In this document: positions 61,261 through 64,000 of the stretch, piece after piece | How positions within the stretch are numbered: the stretch's first letter is position 1 | How the letters are laid out: each line of letters starts with the position of its first letter | Assembly (NCBI GenBank): GCA_964016885.1 | Contig: OZ024742.1 | Location: 302,746,001 to 302,810,000, forward strand | DNA: 64,000 bases | From: Eledone cirrhosa | Taxonomy: Eukaryota | Direction of reading: 5' to 3' | Translations under genes and position numbers: made by a program | The notes under the pieces: model-generated | The model's input: the letters and a program-made list of their open reading frames with translations, nothing else | Database searches by the model: none | Told to the model about the DNA's origin: nothing

Positions 61261-62254
61261 TCTCTTCTTGCTATTTCAAGCATTACACTAATATATTTCT
61301 TCCGTGTACTGTACTGTTTGTTTTGTTACTTCTGTTTACCTTTTACACGCAGACACACACGCACACACACATATATATACGTTTACACACACACACACAC
61401 ATATATGTTTTTTTATGTTTCACCAATAAGAAATCATCGGATGCAAGTATGTGTTCAAAGGAGATATATTTTCCTTTAAGATGTATACTTTAAATATCAT
61501 TGTCGATGTTGAAAGTTCCGGTGTAGGTTAGAATTTTCCCGTTTTAACATCAATGACTCGCATCTCAACTAGCGTTCAGTCAAATAGTCCAAATGTTAGC
61601 ATCAGTAAAAGTAAACCAAAAACATTGTGGGTCACTGATTTAGTGTTCGCAGTGTTCCAAAAACTACATTTTTCTCATCCAAAGACTACATATTTCATGA
61701 TTGCTAAGTATCTGCTGAAACAGTCATGCAATTGAAAGAGATGTTGTTAGACTAACTTATAGTTTTCCCTCGCTTTACAATCTTATTCTAGCCAAACTCC
61801 ATGTTTCGAAATGTCATTACCAGCTCAAGGTTTTTCTTCATACCATTTATATTCTGGGAATACACTTTCAGATTGCCCAGAAAGAAGCTATGTATTAGGT
61901 TAACGTTTCTGGCTTCCCTCATGTGAATCAAATGCATTTCCTTCATATTTCCTCAGCATAAAGTAAAAGAGGTTTATCGACAGTATAAATAGCACCACAA
62001 AGTTACTGTTTCCTTGAAGCTTGAAGTATATCATTAATAAAATATACTATATCATGTAATGCAACAAAATTCTTCTTATGTCACCGTATCTTCGACATGG
62101 TTGTTTTGTTAATTAGGAGTTGCTCATCACATCTCCCAACACCTTTCTGTATGTATGTATGTATGTATGTATGTTTTCTCTTTCTCTTAATTTCGAGTAT
62201 ATTTTTTTGACCGGCCACCTTCCTGGTGGCAAGGTTGTAAAAGAAAAGAAATTG

Positions 62255-64000
62255 TCATCCCTTGAATCGCAAGAATGTTTTGCATATTTTGAAGGTGTCA
62301 GCTATCGCAGCCATTTGTAGACTATGAATTAGGGAGCTGCGCTTTTTGTCCGCAAATCCAAGTTCGGTCATACTTTGGTCCAAGCGGGTTGGTATATAAC
62401 CCGTAGCACCAATAATGATGGGTATGAAGCTAAAGGTGTATCTTGGATACTGGATTTGTAAGCTCCTCATCAATGGTCCGTAGATGTCCTCCTTCTCCTG
62501 TATTTTTCTGACAACGTTTACATCAAGTGGGCAGCTGATCTCCACAACAGAATACGTTTTCAATGTGTGGTCCCAAACTACAATATCAGGCCGGTTGTGC
62601 TTTAATTTGGTGGCAGTTTTTATTTTCAGGTTCCACCAGTATTCCTTAGTGCCATCTGTCTCAATATATTCTTCCTCGTTTGTTGTTAATTTTGTTTTCC
62701 GAAGTGCGTTCCAGATAGTTCTAGCTATCCCATCGTGTCTCATGGGGAGGTAGTAGCGAGATGACATTCTTTCGCAGCTGGCAACAATGTGGCTTACATC
62801 CTCGATCTTTGTTTTACATAGCCTACATTTATTGTCAGCTGCTGGCCCTCCTCTTTTGTGCAGCAGATATTTGGTAGGGAGTTCTTGTTCCTGTATTGCA
62901 TAGAGATATCCCTCAAGGTGTGATGTCATAAACTTGTCGGAACTCCATGCCAGGCTTTTTGAGTGGTTTATCCCCTCTATGGTCTGTGTTTTACGCCTCA
63001 AGTATCCATGCACAACTTTCTCTGTAAATTGGTCAATTTTTTTTTCTTGTTTGAACATTGAATAGGATCTTCCGATTTCTCTGGGTGAGAGATTTATATC
63101 AGGCTTTATTCCATATCTCTCCTCCAGATCAGTCGCTATTCTAATGATATTTCTTTTTTCATGCTCATAAACCTGAGCAAGATGGTCGCCAACCTTTTTC
63201 CTCTGTTGAAGGTGTTGCTTCAGTGTTACTATCCGGGTCTCATATGTTGTTAATATTGATTTTAGACCCCGGCCACCTTCCTTGCGTGAGAAGTATAGCC
63301 TATCCACATCACCATTGATGTTAAAGTTCCCAGTAACACTGAGAAGTTTACGAGTTCTAACATCCATCTCACTTAGTTCTTGCAATGACCAGTTCAGTAG
63401 GCCAAATGTTGGCGTTATAATTGGCACAGCATAGGTATTGTGGGCAATGTATTTGTTGTATGCTGACAGTTCTGATGACCATATTTTTTTTACTCTTCTG
63501 AGGTATTCAGTTCTGGTTCTCTCCTTATTTATGGGTCCATCATATCTGACATTCTCATCCTGTCCAAGATATCTGTAGTTGTCACCTGACTGCAGAGGTT
63601 GTATTGTCAGGCCGTTCATATCTAGATTTCTAGAGGAGGGCACAGCTCTTCCACGTTTTACTGCCAAATATGCACACTTGGACTCACCAAATTTCATTTT
63701 GATCTCGGTTGAAAATTGTGTAATGAGGTCCAATTGTTTCTTGATGTCATTGATATTTGGCCCATACAACTTCAGGTCATCAACAAAGAAAAGATGGGAG
63801 ATACTTCTGGGCCCACTTCTTTGTCCACCTTGTTTCCTGAGTAGGTAAGATAGTGGATTCAGTGAGAGAACGAAGAGTAGTACTGACAAGCTATCACCCT
63901 GAAAGATGCCCTTCTGGTAATGTATCCTATCAGTCTTAACCTGCTCCTTCTCACCTCTAAGGATCAAATTGGTGTACCAGTTCTTGGTCAGGCGTTCAAC
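62255..64000 (-). CDS. R4-like non-LTR retrotransposon ORF, partial (RT C-half, CCHC finger, restriction-like endonuclease), continuing beyond the window
   Basis: GIFQGDSLS, HLFFVDDLKL, YRYLG, GGRGL, CRLC...EDVSHIVASC, RHD and HNRPDIVVWD..VEISCP. Open to the window end. The 3'UTR runs to about 62170, followed by (CATA)n. Confidence 0.93.
   Translation of the reverse strand, partial: VERLTKNWYTNLILRGEKEQVKTDRIHYQKGIFQGDSLSVLLFVLSLNPLSYLLRKQGGQRSGPRSISHLFFVDDLKLYGPNINDIKKQLDLITQFSTEIKMKFGESKCAYLAVKRGRAVPSSRNLDMNGLTIQPLQSGDNYRYLGQDENVRYDGPINKERTRTEYLRRVKKIWSSELSAYNKYIAHNTYAVPIITPTFGLLNWSLQELSEMDVRTRKLLSVTGNFNINGDVDRLYFSRKEGGRGLKSILTTYETRIVTLKQHLQQRKKVGDHLAQVYEHEKRNIIRIATDLEERYGIKPDINLSPREIGRSYSMFKQEKKIDQFTEKVVHGYLRRKTQTIEGINHSKSLAWSSDKFMTSHLEGYLYAIQEQELPTKYLLHKRGGPAADNKCRLCKTKIEDVSHIVASCERMSSRYYLPMRHDGIARTIWNALRKTKLTTNEEEYIETDGTKEYWWNLKIKTATKLKHNRPDIVVWDHTLKTYSVVEISCPLDVNVVRKIQEKEDIYGPLMRSLQIQYPRYTFSFIPIIIGATGYIPTRLDQSMTELGFADKKRSSLIHSLQMAAIADTFKICKTFLRFKG

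Overview
Eukaryotic, AT-rich, microsatellite-saturated intergenic or intronic DNA. The abundant tRNA-derived SINEs resemble the octopus SINE families as I recall them, so a cephalopod genome is likely (inference, not a database result). No host gene is securely identifiable, and most short ORFs in the track are microsatellite translations. (1) A 15-kb nest (13049-28225) of L1/Tx1-clade non-LTR retrotransposons is arranged head-to-tail and spaced by (ATT)n. The last copy has an uninterrupted 1139-aa APE-RT-CCHC ORF2. (2) An R4-like RT-RLE element has an open ORF running off the window end, and two decayed relatives lie elsewhere. (3) There are RTE fragments, Penelope-like (PLE) RT and GIY-YIG fragments, a non-autonomous Helitron, a Tc1/mariner-type MITE and about 20 SINE copies. 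(4) The least obvious signal is about ten hammerhead ribozyme motifs with recognisable cores and pairing stems, plus several degenerate ones. They sit in short non-coding modules embedded in (TA)n tracts, often with direct, inverted or fold-back duplications typical of PLE pseudo-LTRs or retrozymes. Several carry the compensatory U3:A8 core. All folds were paired by eye, and element boundaries are approximate to a few bases or tens of bases.
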